64,000 nucleotides of DNA from Candidatus Eiseniibacteriota bacterium (GTDB lineage: Bacteria > Eisenbacteria > RBG-16-71-46 > SZUA-252): positions 2,464,001 through 2,528,000 of the forward strand of contig OY969801.1 in the NCBI GenBank assembly GCA_963703225.1, read 5' to 3'. The position numbers and the translations under genes were made by a program. The notes under the pieces are model-generated. The model searched no databases, had not been told where the DNA came from, and saw nothing but the letters and a program-made list of their open reading frames with translations. The first letter of the stretch is position 1, and each line of letters opens with the position of its first letter. Of this stretch, positions 31,202 to 41,105 are shown piece after piece.

Positions 31202-32654
31202 CGCACGGGAGTGCGCGGCCGGTCCGGGGGCCGACCAAGCTGCACAATGCGAAGCAGGTTGGTGCCGCCGGAGCGAATCGTCGTCCCGGCCATCGCCACG
31301 ACCCAGTCACCGCGGCGGAGCATCTTCTTTCCCAGTAGGTGCCGCAGACCCGCCTCGATCATCCCCTCCGCGGTCCGCCAGGGCGGCACCAGGACCGGCG
31401 TCACGCCCCATGCGAGGCTCAGCCGGCGGCAGGTGGACGCCAGCGGGGTCAGCGCCAGAATCGGCGCGTTGGGCCGCGACTTGCTGACCAGCCGCGCCGA
31501 ATAGCCGGTATGGGTAAAGGTGACGAGCGCGCGGGCGCGGATCTCGCGCGCGGCCTGGAACGCGGTGTGGGCCAGCGCGTGGGTCGGGGACGTGAGCGCG
31601 GTGCCGTCGGTGGAGCGCCGCGGCGCCCGAGTGCCCGGCGGCGAACTCGTCCGCCTCCGCCGCGATCCGCGCCATCGTTTGGACCGCGCGGTCGGGCTTG
31701 ATCCCCACCGCGGTTTCGGCGCTCAGCATGACGGCGTCGGTGCCGTCGAAGATCGCGTTGGCGACGTCGGAAGCTTCCGCGCGCGTCGGCCTCGCGGCAT
31801 AGACCATCGACTCGAGCATTTGGGTCGCCGTGATCACGAGCACCTCGTGCAGATTCGCGCGCTCGATGATCCGCTTCTGCAAGATGGGAACGCGCTCGGC
31901 CGGGTACTCCACACCCAGGTCCCCGCGCGCGATCATCACGCCGTCCGCCACGTCGAGGATCGAATCGAGATTCTCGATCGCCTCTCGGCGCTCGATCTTC
32001 GCGACCACGGCCGGCGGCCGCTGGGCGCGCCGCAGGAGCCTCTTCAGCCCGATGATGTCCTCGGCGCGGCGCACGAACGAGAGCGCCACGCCGTCGACCC
32101 CCATGGAGAGGCCAAACGTCGACGTCGGCGCGGTCCTTGGGGGTCGAGGAGGCCGCGCTCAGCCGGACACCCGGAAAGTTGACGCCCTTGTGGTCGGCGA
32201 TCTCGCCGCCCGCGACGACCCGGCAGCGGAGCCCGTCGCGGCCCTTACTCGTCACGCGGAGCTCCACCAGCCCGTCGGCGATCAGAACCCGGTCTCCCAC
32301 CGTGACGTCGCGCATGAGGCCCGTGTAGACGATCGGGACCCGGCGCGCGGTCCCGAGGACGCGCCGCGCGGTGACGGTGACCTCGTCACCCGTGCCCAGC
32401 CGGACGACGCCGCCCTCAAACTCTCCCACGCGGAGCCGCGGTCCCTGCAGGTCGAGCAGGAGTCCGACGTGCTTTCCGATCCGCTTGGAGGCCGCGCGGA
32501 TGCGGCGGATGGCGCGGGAATGGTCTCGGTAGGTGCCGTGGGAAAAATTGAGGCGCGCGACATCCATCCCGGCGCGGATCATCCGGGCGAGGACGGCGGG
32601 GTCGGACGAGGCCGGCCCGATGGTGGCGATGATCTTGGTACGGCGCGAGGACAC
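31198..32654 (-). CDS. pyk: Pyruvate kinase (frameshifts near 32110 and 31630)
   Basis: [52 protein letters not shown]. Confidence 0.93.
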
Positions 32655-33583
32655 TAGACGGCGAGCGTCGCCATGACCTCCTCCGCGTGCCCCTCGACCT
32701 TGACGCGGCGGAAGACGTTCTCCACCCGCCCTTCGCGGTCGACCACGAACGTGGTCCGCTCGATCCCCCAGTAGCTGCGGCCGTACAGATTCTTCTCCTT
32801 GTACGTCCCGTACTGGCGCGACACCGCGGCATCCACGTCCGCGAGCAGCGGGAAGGGGAGGTTGTATTTCTGCGCGAAGCGCTGGTGGCTCAACTCATCG
32901 TCGAGGCTGATTCCGAGCACGACCGCGCCCTTGCTCTGGATCCGCGGGAGGTTGTCCCGGAACGCGCATGCTTCCATGGTGCAGCCGGGCGTGTCGTCCT
33001 TGGGATAGAAATAGAGGATCACGCGCTTCCCGCGGAACTCGGAAAGCGAGACCTTCCGTCCCAGCGTGCTCGGCAGGGAGAACTCGGGCGCCATCATCCC
33101 CACGGTCAGGCTCTCGCCCGGCCAATCGGGGGACCCGGGCTTGGCCGCGGAACGGCGCCGTGAGGGTGCCCCGGGGATGTTGACCGGCGGCTCCCTGTAG
33201 GTGCTCATCGTGGGCTCGGTCTCGAATTCCAGCGTCCCTTGCATCCCCTCGCCGTACCGCGAGCCGGAACGCGCGACCATCTTCGGCTTGATGATGGTCG
33301 GGGTCTTGACCCCCTTGGCGGCCTTCTCGACCGTCTTGACCGGCAGCTTCATCTTCGCGGCCGCCTTGGGCCGCGCCGCCGAGCGGGACTTGGGCTTCTG
33401 GGCCGTGCGTCCCTTGGCCGGGCTGGACTTGGAGCTTGTCTTGGGGCGGGCCGCAGGTTTCCTTCTGGCGCTTCCCTTCGCCTTCGTGGCCACCGGTCGC
33501 TTCCTCTTTATTTGTTTGTGGGATTTTGACTTACGGGACTTGGCCGATCTCTTGGGCCTGCGAGCCGAGGGCTTCCTCGCCAT
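32654..33583 (-). CDS. bcp: Bcp/PrxQ peroxiredoxin with a long Lys/Arg-rich N-terminal extension
   Basis: YFYPKDDTPGCTMEAC, GIERTTF. The first ~110 aa are a basic low-complexity region. Confidence 0.9.
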   Translation of the reverse strand: MARKPSARRPKRSAKSRKSKSHKQIKRKRPVATKAKGSARRKPAARPKTSSKSSPAKGRTAQKPKSRSAARPKAAAKMKLPVKTVEKAAKGVKTPTIIKPKMVARSGSRYGEGMQGTLEFETEPTMSTYREPPVNIPGAPSRRRSAAKPGSPDWPGESLTVGMMAPEFSLPSTLGRKVSLSEFRGKRVILYFYPKDDTPGCTMEACAFRDNLPRIQSKGAVVLGISLDDELSHQRFAQKYNLPFPLLADVDAAVSRQYGTYKEKNLYGRSYWGIERTTFVVDREGRVENVFRRVKVEGHAEEVMATLAV

Positions 33584-33710
33584 TGGAGGGATCTCCCGAT
33601 TCGATGGACGGGCCGAAATCGCTACCCTTCGGGCCGCATCCTAGCCGCAGTTGGCGCCCGGTTCAAGCGGGGTCATCGGGGGGCCACGAGGCCGGAAAAG
33701 CCGACCGGAG

Positions 33711-34604
33711 CTAGTTGGTCAGCCGCGAGTTCGAAAAGACCGCTTCGTCCATCGTCGCCGGCGCCGAGACGTTCTCGAACCGGAGCATGACCGGTTTTCC
33801 TTCGAACCGGCGGGCCAGCGAGAGCTGGAGCGGCCCGATCGACGTCCACGATTCCCATGTGGAGCCTTGCGGCGGGGGCTTCTGGCCTGTGAGCACGTAC
33901 TCCCACTTGTCGATCAGGTGGCTCTTCGTGTTCACGTGGATCCAGTACCTGTCCTGAGGCGTGAGCCCCACGTTCTGCGCGAACGACAGCTCCATCACGT
34001 CGTAGGTCCCGCCGTTTGCTTCTTCGGTGCGGACGTGCTTCAGGCGCGTGCCGGGATCGTGCAACTTGAACGGCATGATGATCCAGTAGGTGTCGTTCAC
34101 CCACCGCTCGTAGCCGTTCTGGATGATGGCGGCGATATTGGTCGAGTCGGTATCGACGATCCCGTCGGTGAAGGCCTTCCCCTTCTTGTCCGACAGATTG
34201 AAAATCGCGGTGACCACCCGGCCCTGATCGTCGGGCCCTTCCACTCGACACCGGCCCCTCTTCTTGTCCCACCAGTGCTTGAATCGCGCGACCTCTTTCC
34301 CGTCCCGGACGACGACGAAGTCGAACCGGAAATAGGGAAGGTTGTCCCAGGTCGCCTGGCCACCCATGGCGTCGGTGAGCTCCTTGACGCAGGCCGCGGA
34401 AGGTCCGTCGCACTGGGAGGGCGGAGGCTCGGCCGCCTTGGTCGGCGGCGTCTTGGTCGGCGGCGTCTTGGGTGCCGGTGTCTTGGCCGGTGGGGTCTTG
34501 GCCGCGGGAGCCGCGTGGGCGACCGAGCCGGCCGCCGAGATGATCCCGATCGCCGCGAGGGATGTGAAAGCGCTGCGGAGCGAGGAAGCGCGCGCCGGCA
34601 TCAC
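33711..34604 (-). CDS. Secreted hypothetical protein (possible LolA-like fold) with a Pro/Lys/Thr linker
   Basis: Signal peptide; AMGGQATWD, WVNDTYWIIMPFKL..PG motifs. Confidence 0.65.
   Translation of the reverse strand: MMPARASSLRSAFTSLAAIGIISAAGSVAHAAPAAKTPPAKTPAPKTPPTKTPPTKAAEPPPSQCDGPSAACVKELTDAMGGQATWDNLPYFRFDFVVVRDGKEVARFKHWWDKKRGRCRVEGPDDQGRVVTAIFNLSDKKGKAFTDGIVDTDSTNIAAIIQNGYERWVNDTYWIIMPFKLHDPGTRLKHVRTEEANGGTYDVMELSFAQNVGLTPQDRYWIHVNTKSHLIDKWEYVLTGQKPPPQGSTWESWTSIGPLQLSLARRFEGKPVMLRFENVSAPATMDEAVFSNSRLTN
34441..34500. repeat. Four in-frame 15-bp tandem repeats encoding KTPP(T/A)-type units
   Basis: gtcggcggcgtcttg x2, ggtgccggtgtcttg, gccggtggggtcttg. Confidence 0.8.
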
Positions 34605-35074
34605 CGGAGCCCCTTTAGAATCTCGATCAGTTTGGCCTGATCGGGTAGCTTACCGATCTCGTGGATCTCGATGTCGCGGATGATCCCCTTCGTGTCGATC
34701 ACGATGGTGGCGCGTTCCGAGTATCCCTCCGGACGGAGGATCCCGTACTTCTGAGCCACCTCGCCGTGCGGGTAGAAGTCGGCCAGCATCGGGTAGTCGA
34801 TGCCGCCGAGCTGTTCCGCCCATGCCCGATGGGCGGGCACCGAATCGACCGAGATGCCGAGGACCTGCGAGTTCAGCCCGTCGAACGTCTGTCGCTCCTT
34901 GCTGTATCCCGGCATCTGCACGGCGCAAACGGACGTGAAGGCGAGCGGGTGGAATATGAGGACGACGTTCTTCTTTCCCGCAAACGAGGAGAGCGTGACC
35001 TTGTTGCCGCTCTGATCGGCGAGCGTGAAGTCGGGTGCCTTGTCGCCCACCTTGACCGTCGTGGTCCGCGCCAT
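34601..35074 (-). CDS. 1-Cys peroxiredoxin (AhpE-like)
   Basis: VGDKAPDF, PLAFTSVC, ISVDS, ADFYPHG, SERAT. Confidence 0.88.
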   Translation of the reverse strand: MARTTTVKVGDKAPDFTLADQSGNKVTLSSFAGKKNVVLIFHPLAFTSVCAVQMPGYSKERQTFDGLNSQVLGISVDSVPAHRAWAEQLGGIDYPMLADFYPHGEVAQKYGILRPEGYSERATIVIDTKGIIRDIEIHEIGKLPDQAKLIEILKGLR

Positions 35075-35136
35075 CGTGGCTTCCATCTCCTCATCTCCTT
35101 CTGGGTAACTGGGGGCTCAGGCGTCCGACCCCGGGG

Positions 35137-36400
35137 CTACTCGGCGGCGACCGGATTCGTCTGCGCGACCGCTTTGCGCTCCAGCGTCTCGGGATCGTTG
35201 ACCCCCCGCTGGACTTCCTTCGGAATGTAGTCGAGCAGGTACTTCAACGAGAGCGCCTCTTTGACGAGCGCGCGGGCGACCACCAGGCGCTGCACCTGGT
35301 TCGTCCCCTCGTAGATCTGCGTGATCTTGGCGTCGCGCATGTACTTCTCGATCGGATAGTCCCGCATGTAGCCGTAGCCGCCGAAGATCTGGACCGCGTT
35401 GGTGGTGACCTCCATCGCCACGTCGGTGGCGAAGAGCTTGCACATCGCGCTGAGCTTGGAGACGTTGGGGGCGCCGCCGTCCACCGCCATCGCGGCGACG
35501 TAGACGAGGTTTCGCGCGGCCTCGACCTTGGTGGCCATGTCGGCGAGCATCGCCTGGATCATCTGGAACGACGAGATCGGGGCGCCGAACTGCTCGCGGT
35601 GCCCGGCGTAGACCATGGCGTACTCCAGCGCGCCCTGCGCGAGCCCGACCGCCTGGGCGGCCACGCCGGGGCGCGCCTTGTCGAGCGTCATCATCGCGTG
35701 CTTGAAGCCCATTCCCGGGGTCTCGCCCAGGAGGTTCTTCGCGGGAACGCGGCAGTCGTCGAAGTGGATCTCCACGACGGGGACGCAGCGGATCCCCATC
35801 TTGTCCTCGACCTTCCCGATCTTGAAGCCGGGCATCCCCTTTTCGAGCATGAGGGCGCTGGTCCGGCGCGACCTCGACTCGGGATCGGTGACGCAGAAGA
35901 CCGTGTAGATGTCGGCCGCGCCGCCGTTGGTGTTCCACTTCTTCTCGCCGTTCAGGACGTAGTGGTCGCCCTGCTTGACCGCCGCGGCGTGGAGGCTCGC
36001 GGCGTCGCTGCCGGCGAATTTCTCGGAGAGGCCGAAGGAGATGAGCTTCTCGCCCTTGGCGATGGGGGTGAGCCAGCGGTGCTTCTGCTCTTCCGTGCCG
36101 CCCACCAGGAGCGGAAACGTCCCGAGGGCGTTCACGGCGTAGAGCACGCCCACGCCGCCGCACGCGCGCGACAGCTCCTCGACGCAGACGCAGAGGTCGA
36201 GCACGCCGCCGCCCGCTCCGCCGTACTCCTTGGGAATCCAGACCCCGAGAAGGCCCGCCTTGGCGATCTCGTCCTTGATCTCCCAGGGGTATTCCTGGGC
36301 CTTGTCGTACTTGGCCGCGTTGGGGCGGACGTACTTCTCGGCGATCTCGCGAGCCCGCTCGCGCCACATCAGAGTTTTGCGAGGATAGGATGCCGGACAC
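35137..36400 (-). CDS. Acyl-CoA dehydrogenase (frameshift near the 5' end, about 36378)
   Basis: PKEYGG, FGLSE..AGSD, LNGEKKW, EDKMG, QIFGGYG, IYEGTNQ. Confidence 0.92.
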
Positions 36401-36520
36401 AAAACCCCCGAGGTGGATGTGTCGAATGTGGACCCGAGAGGGCCGAACGAACCAAGCGGGCCCCGTGGGGCCGCGGACCTGATCGCCGCTCCGGCGCGAA
36501 AAAACCGGGCGGAAACCAGA

Positions 36521-37183
36521 TTATTCCCTATGTCGCCGGCGTTTGCCACCCCGAGTTTTCGGGCCGGGAACCGCTCCGGGCGTCACGAAGCGGGACCCGG
36601 CCTCGTAGAACCGCCAGGGCATCAGGTCCCAGGGGGGAGCCGCGGTCTGGCAGCCAATCCGCGCCGAGCGCGCGACGCGCGCGTCGGGCAGCGGCTCTCC
36701 CGGCTCGATCGAGATCGCGGGCCCGCGCAGATCGCTCCCGTTATGGCGCAGGTCGAGGCCAAACGCCTGGCAGAGCTTGGCGGGGCCGCTGGCGAGATGG
36801 TGCGGCTCGACCGGCGACTGGCCCCCCCATCCGCGACCACGGGCCATTCGCTCGAGTCCCGAGAGCGGCTCCGCGGCTCGGATCAGGACCGCGGCGGGCC
36901 GACCGGCCGGCTCGGTGACCGCGTTCAGCAAATGATGCATGCCGTAGGTGAGATAGACGTACGCGAGGCCAGGCGGGCCGTAGAGAACCTCGGTCCGGTG
37001 CGTTCGTCCCGCGCGGGCGTGGCAGGCCTGGTCCTCCTCCCCCACGTAGGCCTCCACCTCGACGATCCGGCCGCGGAGCGTCGCGCCGTCGCCGACGCGG
37101 CGGACGAGCACGCATCCGAGGAGCTCTCGCGCGACGGTCAGCGTGTCGCGGGCATAGAACGAGCGAGGAAGCGGTCGGGGCAT
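36521..37183 (-). CDS. mpg: DNA-3-methyladenine glycosylase (MPG/AAG family)
   Basis: ARELLG, RIVEVEAY, YVYLTYGMH, AVLIRA, SGPAKLCQA. Confidence 0.92.
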   Translation of the reverse strand: MPRPLPRSFYARDTLTVARELLGCVLVRRVGDGATLRGRIVEVEAYVGEEDQACHARAGRTHRTEVLYGPPGLAYVYLTYGMHHLLNAVTEPAGRPAAVLIRAAEPLSGLERMARGRGWGGQSPVEPHHLASGPAKLCQAFGLDLRHNGSDLRGPAISIEPGEPLPDARVARSARIGCQTAAPPWDLMPWRFYEAGSRFVTPGAVPGPKTRGGKRRRHRE

Positions 37184-37199
37184 CCGGAGATTGTACCGG

Positions 37200-37228
37200 T
37201 TGACCCTCGTGGAGGGCGTTCCTAGAAT
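37200..37228 (+). promoter_or_regulatory. Sigma70 promoter for the MFS gene
   Basis: TTGACC-N17-TAGAAT. Confidence 0.65.
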
Positions 37229-37270
37229 GCCGCGGTGACGCGCCTCTCGAGCAGGCCGTCCTGACCGCAC

Positions 37271-38477
37271 GTGGGACCCCGGGTCGTTCTCTTCCTCACC
37301 GTCTTCATCCACCTCGTAGGGTTCGGTCTTCTTCTCCCCCTGCTCCCCTACTACGCCGAGACGTACGGCGCGACGGGGCTCGCCGTCGGCCTTCTGAACA
37401 CGTCGTTTTCCTTCATGCAGTTTCTCTCCGCGCCGTTTTGGGGACGGCTCTCCGATCGGGTCGGACGGAGGCCGGTCATCCTCGTGAGCTTGGTCGCGAC
37501 CGCCGCCTCCTACCTGGTCTTCGGCCTCGCGACGTCGCTCCCGGTTCTCTTCGCGTCGCGGATCTTCGCGGGCATCGCCGGGGGCGTCATCCCGACGGCG
37601 CAAGCCTACATCGCCGACACCACCACCCCCGCCGAGCGGACCAAGGGCATGGGGCTCGATCGGCGCGGCGTTCGGCCTCGGCTTCATCTTCGGTCCGGCG
37701 ATCGGCGGGGTGCTGAGCCGCTACGGGTACTCGATCCCCGCGTTCGCGGCCGCGGGCTTGGCGCTTCTGGCCGCGCTCTGCGCGGCGTTCCTCCTCCCGG
37801 AGTCGCACCCGAAGGCCGCGCGCTTGGCCGCGGCGAAGCGCTCCCTCATCCCGGCCCTTCCCCTCGCGGTCCTACGGCGGCCTGCGGTGGGTACGGTTCT
37901 GCTCCTCTTCTTCCTCGGCACGCTCTGCTTCTCGGCGCTCGAGGGAACCTTCGCGCTCTTCGGCGAGCATCGGTACCAGATCGGACCGAGCCATGTCGGG
38001 TACGTGTTCGCGCTGGTGGGAACGCTCTCCGCCACGATGCAGCTGGGATTTGTCGGATGGCTCGCGCGGCGCTTTGGCGAGCGCGCCCTGGTTCTCGCGG
38101 GATTCCTCGCGATCGCCACGGGCATGATCGGCGCGGGGATCGGCCCGCCGCTTCCGCTCATGCTGGCCGCCATGGGCGTGGTCGCGATTGGAAACGGCCT
38201 CACCGCTCCTTCCCTCGCGGGGCTCGTCTCGATCGCGACGAGCCGGGAGGATCAGGGCGAAACGCTCGGAGCCTATCAGTCGCTCGGGAGCCTCGGACGA
38301 TCGGCCGGACCATTCCTGGGAGGCCTCGCCTTTGACCATCTGGGAGTGGGAAGCCCCTTCTGGCTGGGCGGCATCGTCACCGCCCTCTCCTGCTTCCTCG
38401 CATGGAAGCTCCCCCGGAGGCGGGCCAAGACCGTCGATATGAGCCCGACCGCCGCCTCCCAGACCGATGCAAGCTGA
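37271..38477 (+). CDS. MFS drug:H+ antiporter (TetA/DHA1-like; frameshift near 37655)
   Basis: GRLSDRVGRRPV, AYIADTT, GFIFGPAIGG motif C across the shift. Confidence 0.88.
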
Positions 38478-38613
38478 TTACCAGGAGCAGCTTTCGCCCG
38501 GCCGCACGACCCCCGGCGGGCGAACCCACCCTGGTACTTAGGTAGGCATTTCCCTTCCGTAAGCCCTTCTTCCCGTTCAGGAAGGCATCCCTTCCAGCCG
38601 AATAACAAGATGT

Positions 38614-39285
38614 ATGAAAGCAGGAATCGGCTTCGCCATCGCGCTCCTCCTGAGCGCCGCCCCCGCCGTTGCCGACGGAGGCGCGATTCACGGCGTCGTG
38701 CGCGTCCCCCCCGAATCGTCCGGAGGCGGCCGCACGCCCAATCCCTATCCGGGCCGCGCGTCCTCGCTCCAGCAGCGCGAGATCGCCGCGCGGGGCTCGA
38801 TCGCCGACGCGGTCGTCTACGTCGAAGCGCTCCCCGCGGGCGTCGATTCGACGTTGCCCCACGCTCGCGAGACCCCGGCGATGGAGCAGCGGAACCAGGC
38901 CTTTCTCCCCCGCGTGGTCGTGGTTTCCGCCGGGGGGACCGTCGCCTTCCCCAACCGGGACCCCATCTTCCACAACGTGTTCAGCGTTTCTCCGGTGAAG
39001 CGCTTTGATCTCGGCCGCTACGTGCGAGGCAAGTCGAAGAGCGTCACGTTCAGCAAGGCGGGGTTGGTGAACGTCTACTGCGAGATCCACTCCGACATGG
39101 CCGGCTTCATCCTCGTGACCCCGAACCGCGCGTTCGCCCAGCCTGACTCCAACGGTCAATACTCGCTGCCCCGGCTTCCACCCGGGCAGTACAGCGTGGT
39201 CGCGTGGCACCCTGACCTCAAATCCGTACACCGGACGGTGCAGGTCACCGACAGCACCGACGTGGTGCTCGACCTGAGCTTTTGA
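38614..39285 (+). CDS. Secreted cupredoxin-domain / carboxypeptidase-regulatory-like protein
   Basis: Signal peptide; FPNRDPIFHNVFS and YCEIHSDM give a His-Cys-His-Met type 1 copper ligand set. Confidence 0.82.
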   Translation: MKAGIGFAIALLLSAAPAVADGGAIHGVVRVPPESSGGGRTPNPYPGRASSLQQREIAARGSIADAVVYVEALPAGVDSTLPHARETPAMEQRNQAFLPRVVVVSAGGTVAFPNRDPIFHNVFSVSPVKRFDLGRYVRGKSKSVTFSKAGLVNVYCEIHSDMAGFILVTPNRAFAQPDSNGQYSLPRLPPGQYSVVAWHPDLKSVHRTVQVTDSTDVVLDLSF

Positions 39286-41105
39286 TGGCGATGAGAATCT
39301 CCCTCCGCGCCAAGATCTTGCTATTCACCGTCCCTCCCCTCGTGGCCCTCGCGATCGCAGCGATCTGGGTGGTGAACCGCACCATCTCCTCGGAAGTGCA
39401 CCGGAACATCGAGGACGATCTGAAGCGGGCCTCGACGCTCTTCGAGGGGATCCTCGCCACGCGGTCGGAGCACCTGGCAGTCTCGGGGATGGTGATCGTG
39501 CAGGATCCGCGGTTCTTCTCGGTCCTGACGCTTCCCGGCTCGCCGGCCGATCCGGAGCTCCGGGCGACGGTCGCCGGCGTGGCGAACTCGTTCGACTCGA
39601 TCACGCAGACCGATCTCTTCGAAGTCTTCGACGGACGGGGCAACTCGCTCACGTCCCTCGCGTCGGGGCGGTGGTCGGAGCGGTCGCTCAAGCCTTTCGT
39701 CGAGTCAGCGCTCTCCGGCAGCCAGCGGGTCGGGATCCTGGCGGGCCCCGAGCACAACTACCAGGTCTCCGCCACGCCCGTGCTGGTGGGACGGCGCGTG
39801 GTCGGAGTCCTCCTGCTGGGGGACCTGATCGGTCCCGAGCTGGCGGAGGGACTCAAGAACACCACGAGAAGCGAGGTGACGTTCCTCACGGGCGGACGGA
39901 TCACGGGGAGCACGCTGGAGCATCCGCGCGACACCGACGCCGTCCTGGAAGCGCTCCGGACGGCCGATGCGCACCTCATGGCCGAAGGCACGATCTTAGA
40001 GGTGCGGGGACACGCCCACGAATACGTGACGCTGTTGCGGATGCTGCCTGAATCCGATCCCCAAGCGCCCCAGTTCTACGCGCTGCAGCGCTCGCTCGAC
40101 GTCGAAACCGCCTTTCTTCGATCCATGCAGAGCCGGCTGATGGAGCTGGGCGGACTGGCCGCGCTGGCGGCGCTCTTGGCTGGGCTCCTCATCTCGTCGC
40201 GAATCACGTCGCCCGTGCGCCGCCTGGTTCGAGGCGCCGAGGAGATGGAGCGCGGCAACTACGATTTCCCGATCGACGTCACCGCGCGGGACGAAATTGG
40301 GTACCTCGCTTCGCGCTTCCAGGACATGCGCGAGAAACAGCGGGCCTACGTCTCGAGTCTCGAGGAAGTCGCGCGGCTCAAGACCGAGTTCATCAGCGTC
40401 ACCTCCCACGAGCTCCGCACGCCACTCAGCGTCATCCGCGGATACCACGAGCTCTTCGTCGGGGAGAAGCTCGGTCCCTTGACGGCTCCGCAGAAGGAGG
40501 CGCTCCTCGCGATCGGCGATTGCACCGGGACGCTGAACCGGATCGCGGAGGACGCGACGCGGGTCGCCCAGATCGAAGGCGATCGGCTCCAGCTGAGCCT
40601 GGGAGAGCGGTCGGTCGACGGCCTGATCCGGCGCTCGGTCGATCGAGCCAAAGCCGAGGCGAAGGGGCGGACGGTGACCGTGAAGATTCGGCCGCCGCAG
40701 GGGAATCTGACGATCCGGGCGGACATGTCCCGTCTCAGCGAGGCGCTCACGAACCTGATCACGAACGGAATTCGCTTTACCCCCGACGGCGGCACGGTCG
40801 AGGTCGGCGCCAGGTCCGAGGGTGGCGAGGTGCTGATCGACGTCGCCGATACGGGAATCGGGATTCCCGCCGATCAGCAGAAGCACCTCTTCGCCCGCCC
40901 GCTCATGCTCCGGAACTCCCAGAACCATCACTCGTCGGCGACGCTGGAGTTCAACTCGGCGGGACTGGGGCTCGGCCTCTCGATCGCCCTCGGCATCGTG
41001 CAGAGACACGGGGGCACGATCCAGGTTCAGAGCAGGGAAGGAAAGGGAAGCGTCTTTACGGTCCGGCTACCTCAGATGGACCTCACAGCAAGGGAGGCTG
41101 CGTGA
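39282..41105 (+). CDS. HAMP-domain sensor histidine kinase with a periplasmic Cache-like domain
   Basis: Two TMs; DEIG HAMP; SHELRTPL; NLITNG; DTGIG; GLGLGL. Confidence 0.92.
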   Translation: MMAMRISLRAKILLFTVPPLVALAIAAIWVVNRTISSEVHRNIEDDLKRASTLFEGILATRSEHLAVSGMVIVQDPRFFSVLTLPGSPADPELRATVAGVANSFDSITQTDLFEVFDGRGNSLTSLASGRWSERSLKPFVESALSGSQRVGILAGPEHNYQVSATPVLVGRRVVGVLLLGDLIGPELAEGLKNTTRSEVTFLTGGRITGSTLEHPRDTDAVLEALRTADAHLMAEGTILEVRGHAHEYVTLLRMLPESDPQAPQFYALQRSLDVETAFLRSMQSRLMELGGLAALAALLAGLLISSRITSPVRRLVRGAEEMERGNYDFPIDVTARDEIGYLASRFQDMREKQRAYVSSLEEVARLKTEFISVTSHELRTPLSVIRGYHELFVGEKLGPLTAPQKEALLAIGDCTGTLNRIAEDATRVAQIEGDRLQLSLGERSVDGLIRRSVDRAKAEAKGRTVTVKIRPPQGNLTIRADMSRLSEALTNLITNGIRFTPDGGTVEVGARSEGGEVLIDVADTGIGIPADQQKHLFARPLMLRNSQNHHSSATLEFNSAGLGLGLSIALGIVQRHGGTIQVQSREGKGSVFTVRLPQMDLTAREAA

